DNA of 64,000 bases from assembly GCA_951406725.2 (NCBI GenBank), contig OX597814.1, positions 176,204,001-176,268,000 on the forward strand, given 5' to 3'. A program made the position numbers and the translations under genes. Below, piece by piece: positions 13,116 through 31,268 of the stretch; positions within the stretch are counted from its first letter, which is position 1; each line of letters starts with the position of its first letter. The notes beneath the pieces are model-generated. The model saw only the letters and a list, made by a program, of their open reading frames with translations, was not told the DNA's origin and did no database searches. Origin of the DNA: Octopus vulgaris (Eukaryota).

Positions 13116-13400
13116 ATACATACATACATACATACATACATACATACATACATACATACATACATACATACATACATACATACATACATACATACATACG
13201 CAGAACCATCCTCCGATACACGGCTGTTCTTACCAAAATTTTAATGCCAAGCGTTTGTTTAATAAACAGAAATCAGTTTCCAGAATAACAGAAGAAAAAT
13301 TATGAGCTTCAGAGGAAGATCTGTTTCTAAACTATTTTGGATTGACGGAATCGTCATTGTCAGCGCACTGGATAAAATAACCTATGCTAATTAATAACGG

Positions 13401-13651
13401 GTGGAGGCGCGTGGCCTAGTGGTTAGGGTGTCAGCATCATGATCGTAAGATTGTGGTTTCGATTCCTGGACGCGTTGTGCTCTTGAGCAAAACACTTCAT
13501 TTCACGTTGCTCCAGTCCACTCAGCTGGCAAAAATTATTAACGCTGCGATGGACTGGTGTCCCGTCCAGCTAGGGAACACATACGGCATTGAAACCGGGA
13601 AACCGTTCCCATGAGTCTGGCTAGGCTTTAAAAGGGCGCATATATTTATAT
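13401..13651 (+). mobile_element. SINE family C with 13-bp TSD
   Basis: tggcctagtggttaggg A box and ggtttcgattcc B box. TSD taattaataacgg at 13388-13400 and 13652-13664. Confidence 0.88.
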
Positions 13652-13664
13652 TAATTAATAACGG

Positions 13665-14152
13665 CCTTTTACATTTGAACTTCAATTCCTACTGAGGTTA
13701 GCTTTAACTTTCGGGGTTGATAAAACAAGGTACCATGCAAGTACTTATGACAATTTAATATTCCGGTGAAGTGGCAGAATCGTTAGCAAGCCGGGTAAAA
13801 TGCTTAGCGGCACTTCGTCCGTCTTCGCGTTCTGAGTTCAAATTCCGCCGAGGTTGACTTTGCCTTTCATCCTCTCAAGGTCGATAAAATAAGTACCAGT
13901 TGAGTACTGGGGTCGATGTAATCGACTTTTTCCCTCCCCCGTAATTGGTGGCTTTGTACCAAACTTTGAAACCAGTATTCCTAAAAAGCAAGGCGGTGAA
14001 CTGGCATATTATTTAGCACGCCGGACGAAATGTGTAGCGGCATTTCATCCGTCTTTACGTTAAGAGTTCAAATTCGGCCGATATCTACGTCGATGTAATC
14101 GACTTACCCCTCCCCAGAATTGCTGGCTTGTGGCAAAATTTGAAACCAGTAT
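13665..14152 (+). mobile_element. Tandem SINE family B copies
   Basis: Copies at about 13765-13980 and 13990-14152, plus a degenerate upstream piece. Confidence 0.8.
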
Positions 14153-14723
14153 TCCTATAGAGCATCTTCAATGTGACTATAAATATAATAGGAGGCTACT
14201 ATTTTTCCAGCAGCATCGACTTCCATTCCCTCGACCGGAAATTGATACGTTCTTTCTTTTCCTTTTTTATTTTCCCTCTTACAGTTTATTGTATTTCTTT
14301 ATTTGTTGAATTTAATTTCCTTTCCATATATTAGCATGGCTATAAGTTTTGTGATTATTTGAATAAATGCTTTTATAATTTCAATAAAACCAGAATCGCA
14401 TTTCAGTTATTTGTTTGATAAATGTAGGTGGTGACCGTATATTTATAAGAAATGATTCGCTTATGATATTTATCTGTTTTACTGTAGTTTTGTCGTTTAG
14501 TATTATTTTGATTTGTTTCTCTCTATTTTATAGTTTTATTACAATTCTGTAAATATGAACGAATGACTAACTCCTGCAAATGCATAATGCAAAAATTATA
14601 TATATATATATATATATCTTTCTAGCAAGCTGTTATTTCGGTACCCAAATGAATATGTATGATGATGTATGCATGTATGTATGTATGTATGTATGTATGT
14701 ATGTATGTATGTATGTATGTATG

Positions 14724-14807
<84 letters not shown>

Positions 14808-14889
14808 TAAAGACAACAAACGGAAATATGTTCCATTTCTGGTCTTTTTATTTAATCCTGAAAATATGATTTATGCAACGCACGCACTC

Positions 14890-14921
<32 letters not shown>

Positions 14922-15141
14922 GGCGCAGGCGCAGCTGTGTGGTAAGAAGTTTTGCTTCCCAATCACATGGTTCCACTTCTTCAGGAAATCTGGGGTCGGT
15001 TCGGAATCAATATCATAAGTGAGGGATTTGTTCTCAAATTTATTTGATGGTGAAATAATAAAAACAAATATAGAGAAACTAGCATTGTGTTGGTGATGGA
15101 GTGGAGCAATACGAAAAAGGAGAAACTAGTAAGGAGAGCTG

Positions 15142-15187
<46 letters not shown>

Positions 15188-15299
15188 GAAAAAGGTGTGG
15201 GTAACAGTAGACTGCGAGGTGAAAATGGCCGAGCGGAGTGAAAAGAGAGAGCATAAGAGACAAGGATCGTCTTAACAGCATTAAAGGTCTCCGGACAAA

Positions 15300-15495
15300 T
15301 CAAGAATTTTAGGCGGGAGAAGTAAATCGATTACATCGTCCCCGGTGTTCAACTGGTACATTTTTTAAAACTGAAATCGGGAGAGATTAAAGACAAAGTT
15401 GAACTGGGGGGAATTTGAACTCAGAACGTAATTAGTCAGAAGAAATACTCTGAGGATTCTGTCCGACAATCTAACGATTCTACCAGTTCGCTGCA
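15300..15495 (-). mobile_element. SINE family B, degenerate
   Basis: gaatttgaactcagaacgta and aatcgattacatcg are reverse-complement family motifs. Confidence 0.7.
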
Positions 15496-15513
15496 TTACA
15501 TATAACTATATAA

Positions 15514-15929
15514 CCTTTAAAAGATAAGTTTGGCGGCTGGATGGGAAACATTCCATCTAACTTGAGGCTTTGCTAATGTTATCTAAATAAGTGATTCAAG
15601 AAGGTGCTGAATTGCAGATCAAATTAGACAACAGCTCTCACCCAATCAATACTCTAACCTTGACTAATATTTCATTAATCTGAAGCGCTGCCTTCATATC
15701 TTCATATAAATAGAGCTTAAAGACTGTTGAATTCCTTCGAGCTTATTTGCCCTAGACACATAGGCGCAGGAGTGGCTGTGTGGTAAGTAGCTTGCTAACC
15801 AACCATATGGCTCCGAGTTCAGTCCCACTGCGTGGCACCTTGGGCAACTGTCTTCTGCTATAGCCCCGGACCGACCAATGCCTTGTGAGTGGATTTGGTA
15901 GACGGAAACTGAAAGAAGCCTGTCGTATT

Positions 15930-15974
<45 letters not shown>

Positions 15975-16288
15975 TTGTGTGTCTGTGTTTGTCCCCCTAG
16001 CATTGCTTGACAACCGATGCTGGTGTGTTTACGTCCCCGTCACTTAGCGGTTCGGCAAAAGAGACCAATAGAATAAGTACTGGGCTTACAAAGAATAAGT
16101 CCCGGGGTCGATTTGCTCGACTAAAGGCGGTGCTCCAGCATGGCCGCAGTCAAATGACTGAAACAAGTAAAAGAGTATTGGGCGCACAGAGTTGTTCTAG
16201 CTATACTATTTTGCTTATTCGTTGGATACCCATCATATACAAGATACACAGTTTCACTCCATGTACATTAGATACGCTGGTTTATATC
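15514..16288 (+). repeat. Copy 1 of a ~360-bp duplicated segment (interrupted by SINE A)
   Basis: Highly similar to 20383-20988 once the SINEs are removed. Confidence 0.9.
15761..16177 (+). mobile_element. SINE family A, full length
   Basis: A box tggctgtgtgg, B box gagttcagtcc, core caccttgggcaa, internal TA/TG repeat, tail gtaaaagagta. Confidence 0.9.
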
Positions 16289-16302
16289 ACTGTAACGGGC
16301 CC

Positions 16303-16510
16303 TATAGTATATATTTCTTGACAGCAAGCTACAGCATACATATATCATAATTGGGCCTCTAGACCAGTGAGGACCTTCGGGTAACTTCCCTGCATGCCTG
16401 TGCAACGTGCCCTCTAGTATTTATTTTCTAACAGCAAGCTACAGCATATATATACCATAATTGGGTCTCTAGACCCGTGAGGACCTCTGAATAACTTCTC
16501 TGTGCGCCCC
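16303..16510 (+). repeat. Tandem duplication, ~110-bp unit
   Basis: acagcaagctacagcata...ctctagacc.gtgaggacc occurs twice. Confidence 0.85.
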
Positions 16511-17138
16511 TGATTACTGTCTCTTCCAGTGCCGTCTTAAAAGACAGTACTGTAAGAGAGACAGGAAATGGTGGAAGAGCGTGTGAAATGGAAGAAAATA
16601 CTTTCGAGAAAACTAGGTTCCGGTTTAGTGGGGTGAAATTACAGAGAGTGAATGAGACTAGAGGTAGACGGATACTTAATAAAAACGTTGATTGAGTGGG
16701 TGGCTGAAGAGAGCTCGTTTATGAGGAGAGAAAGAAAGAAAAATAAACAAACAAACATTTGTCAGAATGACAGTAAAGCGGAGAGAGGAGGAAAGATAAA
16801 GAGAAAAGCTGGCAAAAATACCTTAGAATTGTGAATAGTAAAAGTAAGGAGGAAAATTTGAAACGGAGAGAAAGGGGAGAGGAAGAGTGTACGGTGAGGA
16901 AGTTGTTTGTTTTGTTAGTTAAATAAGACGTCTGTAATTCGTCTGTAATACTTGGCACACAACCCAAAACATAAAGTCTGAATAAGATGATCATGATGAT
17001 GATTATGATGATCATCATGGCCATCACTATCATCATCACCATTATCACCGTCATCATCTCGACGAAACTTTTTTTTAACGAATGGAATTGAAGTTTTGAA
17101 GAAGGATAAAAATATAATAATCGATTACATAGTTTCTC

Positions 17139-17139
<1 letters not shown>

Positions 17140-17180
<41 letters not shown>

Positions 17181-17635
17181 ATGGATAGTTGTGATGGTGG
17201 TGGTGGTGGTGGTGGTGGTGGTGGCGGTGGTGGTGGTGGTGGTGATAGTGGTGGTGGTGATAGTAGTGGTGGTGGTGAAAGTTATTGTTGCTGTTATTTG
17301 GCTTTTGTTGTTGTTTAATCCAAGGTCAGCTCTGATCGAGCAGATCTACGATGTAAAGTATTCCAGTCGTGACCATCCATCTTATCCCTCTATGTATTGA
17401 GAACCCAGGTCCACATTACCCCACGTGTTCATTTTCTAAGACAATATGGTATATGGTTTGAGGGAAATTTCGCTGCTGTTTCTAGCATCATGCAAAGGCT
17501 GTCACGTTGGTTATTTTCTTGATAATGGGGGCGAAAAGGGTCGTTGCATTGGTCATCCTGATTAGGGTTCTAATGGCAGCGGTGGCGGTGATGATGGTGG
17601 TGGTGGCGCTACTGCTGCTGCTGTTGCAGCTGTTG

Positions 17636-17667
<32 letters not shown>

Positions 17668-17883
17668 GGTGGTGGTGGTGATGGTGGTGGTGGTGGTGGT
17701 GGTGATGGTGATGGTGATGGTGATGGTGATGTTGGCCATTGCCGTAGTGGTGACAGTGTTGATCGTGGTGGTGGTGATGGTGGTGGTCATGGCCGTTGTG
17801 GTGACAGTGTTGATCGTGGTGGTGGTGATGGTGATGGTGGTAGTGGTGACAGTGGTGTTCGTGGTGCTATTGTTGTTGCTGTA

Positions 17884-17914
<31 letters not shown>

Positions 17915-17950
17915 GTGGTGGTAGTAGTGGTGGCGGCGGTAGGGGCAGTA
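17140..17950. repeat. Mosaic trinucleotide repeats (GTA/GGT/GAT/GTT)
   Basis: Direct inspection. Confidence 0.9.
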
Positions 17951-18179
17951 ATACTATTTATTAGTGTATAGTAGTCGGTATTAAGTTGTAGTTCTCAGTA
18001 CCAATACGTTATCTGTTTTTGTTTTGTTGTTATTTCTTGCATTTGTTTATCTACAATCTCATCTATTTCCTTCATTCTTTCGTTATATTCTTTGAATCAG
18101 TCACTTACTATTCTGTTCTTTTTTGCTTGCTTGTGTGTTTTACATTTTCGTTTTCTTATAAATATATATATAAATGTGT

Positions 18180-18255
<76 letters not shown>

Positions 18256-18433
18256 AAAAATATCAATCATAATGGAACGATTGCGAGAAATCTATTGATA
18301 AATAAGGTCGCTGAAGTTCATTGCAATAGTTATTAATAATAGCAACACTCGAAAATATAACATACTCGTAATCTAAGTATCGTGTTATGCTTTCAAACAC
18401 ATACACAGACACTTAGCTCTCTCTCTCTCTCTT

Positions 18434-18484
<51 letters not shown>

Positions 18485-18651
18485 CTGGCACTCTCAGTCA
18501 ATCTATCTTTTTGTCACACAAACACAGAAATGCATACATACATTTATAGACATACATACAGAAATACACCCACACACACACACCCACACACACACATATA
18601 TATATATATATATAAGTGTACACGCGCAAACACACACACACCGTACATATA

Positions 18652-18691
<40 letters not shown>

Positions 18692-18857
18692 CATACAAAT
18701 GTATGCATTATTTAATAACATACAAATTGAATACTTGTTAATGAATGGGTCAACTTACTGAGACCTATTTATAAGGTGAGAATCAATTTAATCTAATAGA
18801 ATGTCTGATTAATACATACATACACACACACACACACACATATATATACACTGATAA

Positions 18858-18952
<95 letters not shown>

Positions 18953-19260
18953 TTCATACGTGTGTGTATCTATCTATCTCTATATATATATAAATGTCTA
19001 TAGGTCTGTATATGTGTACACGTGCAGACATAGGCCTGCGTGTGTGTATGTGTGTCTGTGATACATAATGTCATTTAAGCAAACTAAATTAACTTTCATG
19101 ACTCTCACGGTGAATGTGCATCGTGTTTTCTTACTTTAAATAATACTCCAATTTAAAATTCGCAAAGAAGGAGACAATTAGTAAGTCAGGTAGATAGAGC
19201 TGAACTCCCTATTCGCTATTTATCCTAAGTATGTTACGGCTTTCCCTGCATAATACATAT

Positions 19261-19644
19261 GGGAAGCACTCCGTCGGTTACGACGACGAGTGTTCCGGTT
19301 GATCCGAATCAACGGAACAGCCTGCTCGTGAAATTAACGTGTGAGTGGCTGGGCACTCCACAGACACGTCTACCCTTAACGTAGTTCTCGGGGATATTCA
19401 GCGTGACACAGAGAGTGACCAGGCCGGCCCTTTGAAATACAGGTACAACAGAAACAGGAAGTAAGAGTGAGAGAAAGTTGTGGTGAAAGATTACAGCAGG
19501 GATCACCACCATCCCCTGCCGGAGCCTCGTGGAGCTTTATGTGTTTTCGCTCAATAAACACTCACAACAACCGGTCTGGGAATCGAAACCGCGATCCTAT
19601 GACCGCGAGTCCGCTGCCCTAACCATTGGGCCATTGCGCCTCCA
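19261..19644 (-). mobile_element. SINE family E (tRNA head, ~385 bp) with TSD
   Basis: Minus strand tggaggcgcaatggcccaatggttaggg...ggtttcgattccc. TSD taatacatat at 19251-19260 and 19645-19654. Confidence 0.87.
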
Positions 19645-19667
19645 TAATACATATAACATATAGAATA

Positions 19668-19890
19668 TAGCGAACTGGTAAAATCGTTAGCGTGTCGGAC
19701 AAAATGACTAATGGTATTTCTTCTGACTATTTACGTTCTGAGTTCAAATTCTCCCCGGTTCAGCTTTGTCTTTAATCACCCCAGGTTTCATTTTTAAAAA
19801 AATGTACCAGTTGAGCACTGGGGTCGATGTCATCGATTTACTTCTTTCTCCTGCCTAAAATTCTTGGCCTTGCACCAAAATTTGCAACCA
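19668..19890 (+). mobile_element. SINE family B, degenerate
   Basis: acgttctgagttcaaatt and gtaccagttgagcactggggtcgatgt. Confidence 0.75.
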
Positions 19891-20382
19891 TTATATGTAT
19901 GTGTCTAATGATGGCTGAAACGGCGAGAGACAGAAAATATTCAAATGCTAAGTTTTGACAGAAGAAATAACACGGTATCAAGCTTCTAGATATTTTCACG
20001 TTCTTCCGATACTTTTCCGTTTTAGTTACTATATTTCATCGAATTTTTATACAAGTAGTAATTTTCTGTTAAGGAATCTTGTTTGTTTTCGACAGATGAT
20101 CAAATCACATTAGTTGTTCAATAGAATTATGGGTGTAAAAACGGGCTTGTATCCAGAGAAAGATATATTTAACATGTGTGTGTATGTGTCTTTCCGTTTC
20201 AGTCATCCTTATATTGCATTCCCTCATTGCTCTAAACATAAATTCATTTCGTGTTTATGCACAAACAACACTTGTTTCGTTTACTCTTTAAAAAATTCAG
20301 AGAACTAGTGATAGGCTATTGGCTGCCTCTTTCGGTTCAAATTTCTGACTAAGTTATTTTTCACGAATACATGCCAAACAGA

Positions 20383-20988
20383 TTTTAAAAGATAAGTTTG
20401 GCGGCTGGATGGGAAACTTTCCATCTATCTTGAGGTTTTACTAATGTTATCTAAATAAGTGAGTCAATAAGGTGCTGAATTGCAGATCAAATTAGTCAAC
20501 ATCTCTCACCCAATCAATACTCTAACCTTGACTAATATTTCATTAATCTGAAGCGTTGCCTTCATATCTTCTTATAAGTAGAGCTTAAAAACTGCTGAAT
20601 ACCTATTTCTTTACTACCCACAAGGGGCTAAACACAGAGAGGACAAACAAGGACAGACAAATGGATTAAGTCGATTATATCGACCCCAGTGTGTAACTGG
20701 TACTTATTTAATCGACCCCGAAAGGATGAAAGGCAAAGTCGACCTCGGCGGAATTTGAACCCAGGACGTAACGGCAGACAAAATACCGCTAAGCATTTCG
20801 CCCGGCGTGCTAACGTTTCTGCCAGCTCACCGCCTTAAAATTGCTGAATACCTTCGAGCTGGTTTCCCCTAGATGCATTAGATGCGCAGAGTTCTTCTAG
20901 CTATACTATTTTGCTTATTCGTTGGATACCCATCATATACTAGATACACAGTTTCACTCCGTCTACATTAGATACGCTGATTCATATT
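20383..20988 (+). repeat. Copy 2 of the duplicated segment (interrupted by SINE B)
   Basis: aaagataagtttggcggctggatgggaaac ... tacattagatacgctg is shared with 15514-16288. Confidence 0.9.
20603..20836 (-). mobile_element. SINE family B, full length with TSD
   Basis: Flanked by ttaaaaactgctgaatacc and ttaaaattgctgaatacc. Confidence 0.9.
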
Positions 20989-22179
20989 AATTTTTTCTTA
21001 ACAAGTTGAATATATTTGTTTGCTTTAGTAATTACTAAATAAATCAGTTTTACCTACGTACATTATATATATATTGAAATATTCTATGTACACGCACCAG
21101 ATGTCTTAATTTTTCCATGGATATTAGAGACTCTGATTTGTCTTTGATATACTAATTTTCTAAAGATTTATAAGATACATCGATTTGCTCGAGCTGTACT
21201 AATTTCTCCTATGTACACTAGATACATTGATCTGCCATAGATAAGCTAGATACAACGAATCTTCTTACGTGCATTAGATATACACGTTTTGCCCTAGATT
21301 CACTACATGACGCTAATCTACTCTACGTACAGTAGATACACCAGTTGCCCTAGATATAATGATTTGCACTAAATACATTGATTTGTCTCAGACAAAATAT
21401 TCAAGTGATGATCCAGAAACCATATACATTATAGGGCAAATAATATTTTATAAGTATAGAATCTGATGTTTCTGAGTTCATATTACGTCGGTCGTGATCA
21501 ATAAATTATTGACTAGGGGTTGAATATTCCGCTTTTACGGTTTCGACGCATGCAAATTCAGCATATAGGTGTATGTGCAAGTACATACATCTCTTCATGT
21601 ACGTATATAGAGAGAAATTGTTTGGAAGGTAGGGAGAGGTAGTGATATTTAAAGTCGCACATGTTCAACATTAAGTACACAGACACACATTATTTATTTA
21701 TTTAATTTAGCTGATCCGGTAACCATTACTTTGATGTTTGATCGGCGTCCGGTTGGTTCATCAAACAGAAATGCTCGTAGTGGTTGATAGATCGTAACAT
21801 GCAATTGGTTTACAATGAACGGTATGTCGGCAAAAGCATGTATTTTGCCAACCTTTCGCTGACATTCCAACGTAGTACATACAGGCTCTTAGCCATGACT
21901 GTACAGAAAACAAAAATGCAAGGAAAGATGGCATGGAGGTGGGGGAAGATATGCCTGGGAAGTTGGCGATTGAGATTACAATGTCATTTCTCCTTTCAGG
22001 AATGAAAATTTAGTATTTCTAGCTGTTAGCGATGTGGATAAGACTAAAGTAGGGAATCATGGCAAACGTATACCTCGTGGAATAGTGCAACATATAGGAT
22101 TGTGAAACAGCGAAACAGTGGTGTCCGAAGCAAATAGCAAAACACCAAAATTCAAATACAAGAAACTCACTACTCAGTA

Positions 22180-22241
<62 letters not shown>

Positions 22242-22247
<6 letters not shown>

Positions 22248-22419
22248 AAGGAGCTTCTACAGGACTAGAACTGTTTCATTCAAAAGAAATCATCAGGCTT
22301 CCTGATGATTTCTTTTGAATGAAACAGTTCTAGTCCTGTAAACTCCTTCTATAAAATAAATTATTTTACTCTGCTATGTATTGAGTACCTTATTTATAAC
22401 CCCGACTCAACCCGGGACC

Positions 22420-22421
<2 letters not shown>
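22242..22421 (+). mobile_element. Penelope-like pseudo-LTR fragment with inverted partial copy, in (TA)n
   Basis: Near-perfect palindrome at 22242-22354 with a one-sided ~65-bp extension. Contains a hammerhead core. Confidence 0.7.
22297..22346 (+). ncRNA. Type I hammerhead ribozyme motif
   Basis: gcttc CTGATGA t-ttc-tttt-gaa-t GAAA cag-ttctagtc-ctg TA. The mirrored arm preserves the stem I partner gaagc. Confidence 0.7.
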
Positions 22422-22464
<43 letters not shown>

Positions 22465-22482
22465 GTATATATATATATATAT

Positions 22483-22542
<60 letters not shown>

Positions 22543-22664
22543 TCTTTTACTTGTTTCAGCCATGTGGCTGCGGTCATGCTGGAGCACCACCATGGACACA
22601 TATATATATAATATATTTATGTATACATATGAATGTATATGCATGTATATGTATGTGTGTATAT

Positions 22665-22705
<41 letters not shown>

Positions 22706-22711
22706 GAGTAT

Positions 22712-22748
<37 letters not shown>

Positions 22749-22750
22749 AG

Positions 22751-22863
<113 letters not shown>

Positions 22864-23149
22864 TACACTAGTGAGTGGGCAAACGAAAGACGGGCACTCA
22901 ACCAATTTATTGGGAGTTACATGTATAGATCAAAACAGTTGATTCAAGTTCGTTGGTACTCTCAGGTTTCAAACGTCGTGCTAGTCGTCAGCCATATTGA
23001 ATTTGAAATTTGAAATTCAAAGTGGCTGACGACTAGCGTCACGCTGTTTTTTACTATTCCAGAACATCAACTGCCGGCTTTGTTATCCAGCGTCCATAAA
23101 CCAAGGACTATGATATCACTATGATATGTGTGTGTGTACGTGTGCGTGT

Positions 23150-23186
<37 letters not shown>

Positions 23187-23855
23187 TGTAAGTGTACAGA
23201 GAATATCTTCAATGTTGTCTGATACAGATTTAACACCTCAACCATTGCAAATTACAACAAATGCACGTTGCAATGTAATACAATGTTAGGTGAGTAATGC
23301 AAAGTTTGTGCCGCAGAAATGTCAGCACTGAATGCAATATATAAAGTACAAATCATAATGTGCAAAGTTCCGAATGTGCATAAATTCCGAGCACAATATT
23401 CCGGAACACCCAATTTCAGGACGGACAATATGAAATACCAAACATGGATTACAATATTCTATGTTCAGAGAGAAAACAGTATTCGCAGTATAGAACTTTA
23501 TCCTGGAAATCACAGTAATGCACTTGGGTGTTTAGTGTTTCTATCGACGGGTTGACATGAGACACAGTTTATGAATCTTGCTTCGCACGAATATTCAGAT
23601 ATGGTATCGTAAATCTGTGGGTGATGATCTAGATTGCTGATTGGGCGGGCGACTAGTACAATTTTGAAGTATATCGTTGACCTCATCATTATCAACATTA
23701 TCATCATCATCATCGTCGTCGTCGTCGTCATCGTCGTTGTTATCGTCGACATGATCGCAGTCGTCATCGTTTATCGTCACTGACTTCATGTTCACCTTCT
23801 TTAACTTCGCCGTGGTCTTTATCGTCGTTGGCATCGTCTTTGTAATTGACGTTTT

Positions 23856-23917
<62 letters not shown>

Positions 23918-25193
23918 CCATTACCACCACCACCATCATAGTTGAAAGATGGGAAATTCTTAGCAGCTAACTTAAAATATTTACCTTGTGGTGTATTTTT
24001 CTGCTTAGTGATTGTAATGAAAAGAGAGCTGTTCGAAATTTGTTAGCCCTATGTGAGTTTATTTTATGTTAGATCAAAACACTATATGCGTTTGAAGTCT
24101 TCAGTGGTGTTCCAACAATCCAATATAATCACGACTCCTTCGTTATTTCATTCTGCAACAACTAAAATTCGTAGTTATTCGTCTACAAGAAAGTTATTCA
24201 GATAGTTGTAATGGCGGTGGATGGCTTTGGATGATTATTTCATCTTTGGTAAACTGTCACGCTATATTTAACAATAGACAGCCTGTCATCGCTACAAATG
24301 ATTCTAGATCCATTGACAATGTTGACCAAAAAGATTGGGACTATGGCTTAAGACTGAGTATCTTCTTACTTTCTCTAGATCGCAAAGAGAATAGCCAATG
24401 GAAGACGGCTTTACACATATGCAGTGCTCACTCTTCATATATTTAGAAGTTATGTCAATTTATTCATCTACATATATCCCCGCATTACAGTTAAATGAAC
24501 GGAGCTAATACACATTAGGTATATATTGATCACAGAAATAGTACAGTCCTAGAGAAATTATGCAAACTGTTTACCCCTTTCAACTGATAGTACGATAGTG
24601 AAGCGACTAAACCGGAAATATCATAGCTTCTTGAAACATGTTTTCGATTCTTAGAATAAATCTGACAAATTCTCCATGTTTCATCTTGGAAAATAATAGC
24701 ATGCTATAACGGCATTAAAAATAATAAACCCATCTGTATTTTATCTATTACACAATTTCAATAGTGCCTGGGGCTACAAAACAATAACAATATAATTTTT
24801 ACATTAGGTGAATGGTTTTAAAACTTATCTGCTTTATACTTTTACTACACTCCTTTGCTCTCTCTCTCTCTTACATAGTGCTTTAGTTATTAACGTTGAC
24901 TACCGTTTAAGAAACAAAAGAATGCAGCTATAGAAATATCTATCATTACATATCTTGTAGATAATTCCGCTGAATAAGTTCTTCGGTTATCTTTCGATTC
25001 CGTTGCACTTAGATCAAAATGTTCCCTAGACAGCATTCTTCGGAGATATTAATAGCTATTATCTTGTTACATTTTATGATATTTCATCATCCACCAGCGC
25101 AAATAGAAATTTAATCTAGAACGTTATCCTGCCACAGACTATATGCAACGCTTCATCTATGGAACGAAATCGAATTCATAATCTATTGTATAC

Positions 25194-25232
<39 letters not shown>

Positions 25233-25234
25233 AC

Positions 25235-25667
25235 TCACTTTTACTCTTTTACTCTTTTACTTGTATCAGTCATTTGACTGTGGCCATGCTGGAGCACCCC
25301 CTTTAGTCGAGCAAATCGGGCCCAGAACTTATTATTTGTAAGCCTAGTACTTATTCTATCGGTCTGTTTTGCCGAACCGCTAAGTTACGCGGACGTAAAC
25401 ACACCAGCATCGGTTGTCAGGCGATGTTCGGGGGACAAACACAGACATACAAACACATACACACACATACATATATATATATATATTCATATATATATAT
25501 ACGACGGGATTCTTTCAGTTTCCGTCCGCCAAATTCACTCACAAGGCTTTGGTCGGCCTGAGGCTATAGTAGAAGACACTTGCCCAAAGTGCCACTCAGT
25601 GGGACTAAACCTGGAACCGTGTGGTTCCTAAACAAGCTCCTTACCACACAGCCACTCCTACACCTCT
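25235..25667 (-). mobile_element. SINE family A, full length
   Basis: Reverse-complement match to 15761-16177. Confidence 0.9.
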
Positions 25668-25754
25668 ATATATATATTCTTCGCAAAACTGATAAATATT
25701 TTGAATATGGGAGTGTGTAATAGTTATTATAATTGTTATTATTATTATTTCTAA

Positions 25755-25962
25755 AGTGGTGGCGAGCGGGCCAAGTCGTTGGTATGCCGGACGAAATTCT
25801 TAGCAACATTTCGTCCGTCTTTATGTTCTGAGTTCAAGTTACGCCGAGATCGACTTTGTGTTTCATCCTTTCGGGGTCGATAAAATAAATACTCATCAAG
25901 CACTGGGATCGATGTAATCAACTATCCCCAAATTGCAGGCCTTGTGCCTATAGTTGAAAAGA
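25755..25962 (+). mobile_element. SINE family B
   Basis: Family head and core. Confidence 0.8.
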
Positions 25963-26187
25963 TAATTATTGTTGTTGCCGTTGCTACTGCTGTCGACGTC
26001 GTCGACGTCGTTGTTGTTGTTAGGGTGGTGAACTGGCAGAATAGTTAGAGCGTTGGAAAATGACTTTGCCCTATTTGTTCTGGGCCTTTTTTTTTTTTTT
26101 CAACAGGTTCAGCAATCCTATCGAATTTCCAAAACTGCAGTAAAATTCAACAAGTGTTGTTCCCTATGTATTACCTAAAGCTTCACC

Positions 26188-26263
<76 letters not shown>

Positions 26264-26297
26264 TGTGTGTGTGTGTGTATATATGTATGTATATATA

Positions 26298-26621
26298 TGG
26301 CTCAGTGGTTAGAGCGTCGAGCTTACGATCGTGAGGTTGTGAGCTCGAATCCCGGACCGGGCTGCGTGTTGTGTTCTTGAGCAAGACACTTTATTTCACG
26401 TTGCTCCAGTTCACTCAGCTGTAGAAATGAGTTGCGACGTCACAGGTGCCAAGCTGTATCGACCTTTGTCTTTCCCTTGGATAACACTGGTGGCGTGGAG
26501 AGGGGAGGCCGGTATGCATGGGCGACTACTGGTCTTCCATAAAACAACCTTGCCCAGACTTGTGCCTCAGAGGGTAACTCTCTAGGTGCAAACCCATGTC
26601 ACTCATGACCGAAGGGGGTCT

Positions 26622-26623
<2 letters not shown>
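26298..26623 (+). mobile_element. SINE family D (core shared with family C, different tail)
   Basis: tggctcagtggttagagcg head and ttgagcaagacactttatttcacgttgctccag core. Unique tail ending gaagggggtcttta. Confidence 0.82.
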
Positions 26624-26688
<65 letters not shown>

Positions 26689-26696
26689 TACATATA

Positions 26697-26736
<40 letters not shown>

Positions 26737-26776
26737 TATGTATATATATATATAGATATATATGTATATATATATA

Positions 26777-26869
<93 letters not shown>

Positions 26870-26882
26870 GTGTACATATATA

Positions 26883-31268
<4,386 letters not shown>

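Noticed and set aside
19900-19932. Hammerhead-like ctaatga-tggct-gaaa-cggcg
   Set aside because: Core mismatch, no UH cleavage site and no convincing stems.
26298-26360. tRNA genes (also at 13401, 19570-19644 and SINE A heads)
   Set aside because: These are tRNA-derived SINE heads that continue into SINE bodies, some with TSDs. I see no proper acceptor stems.
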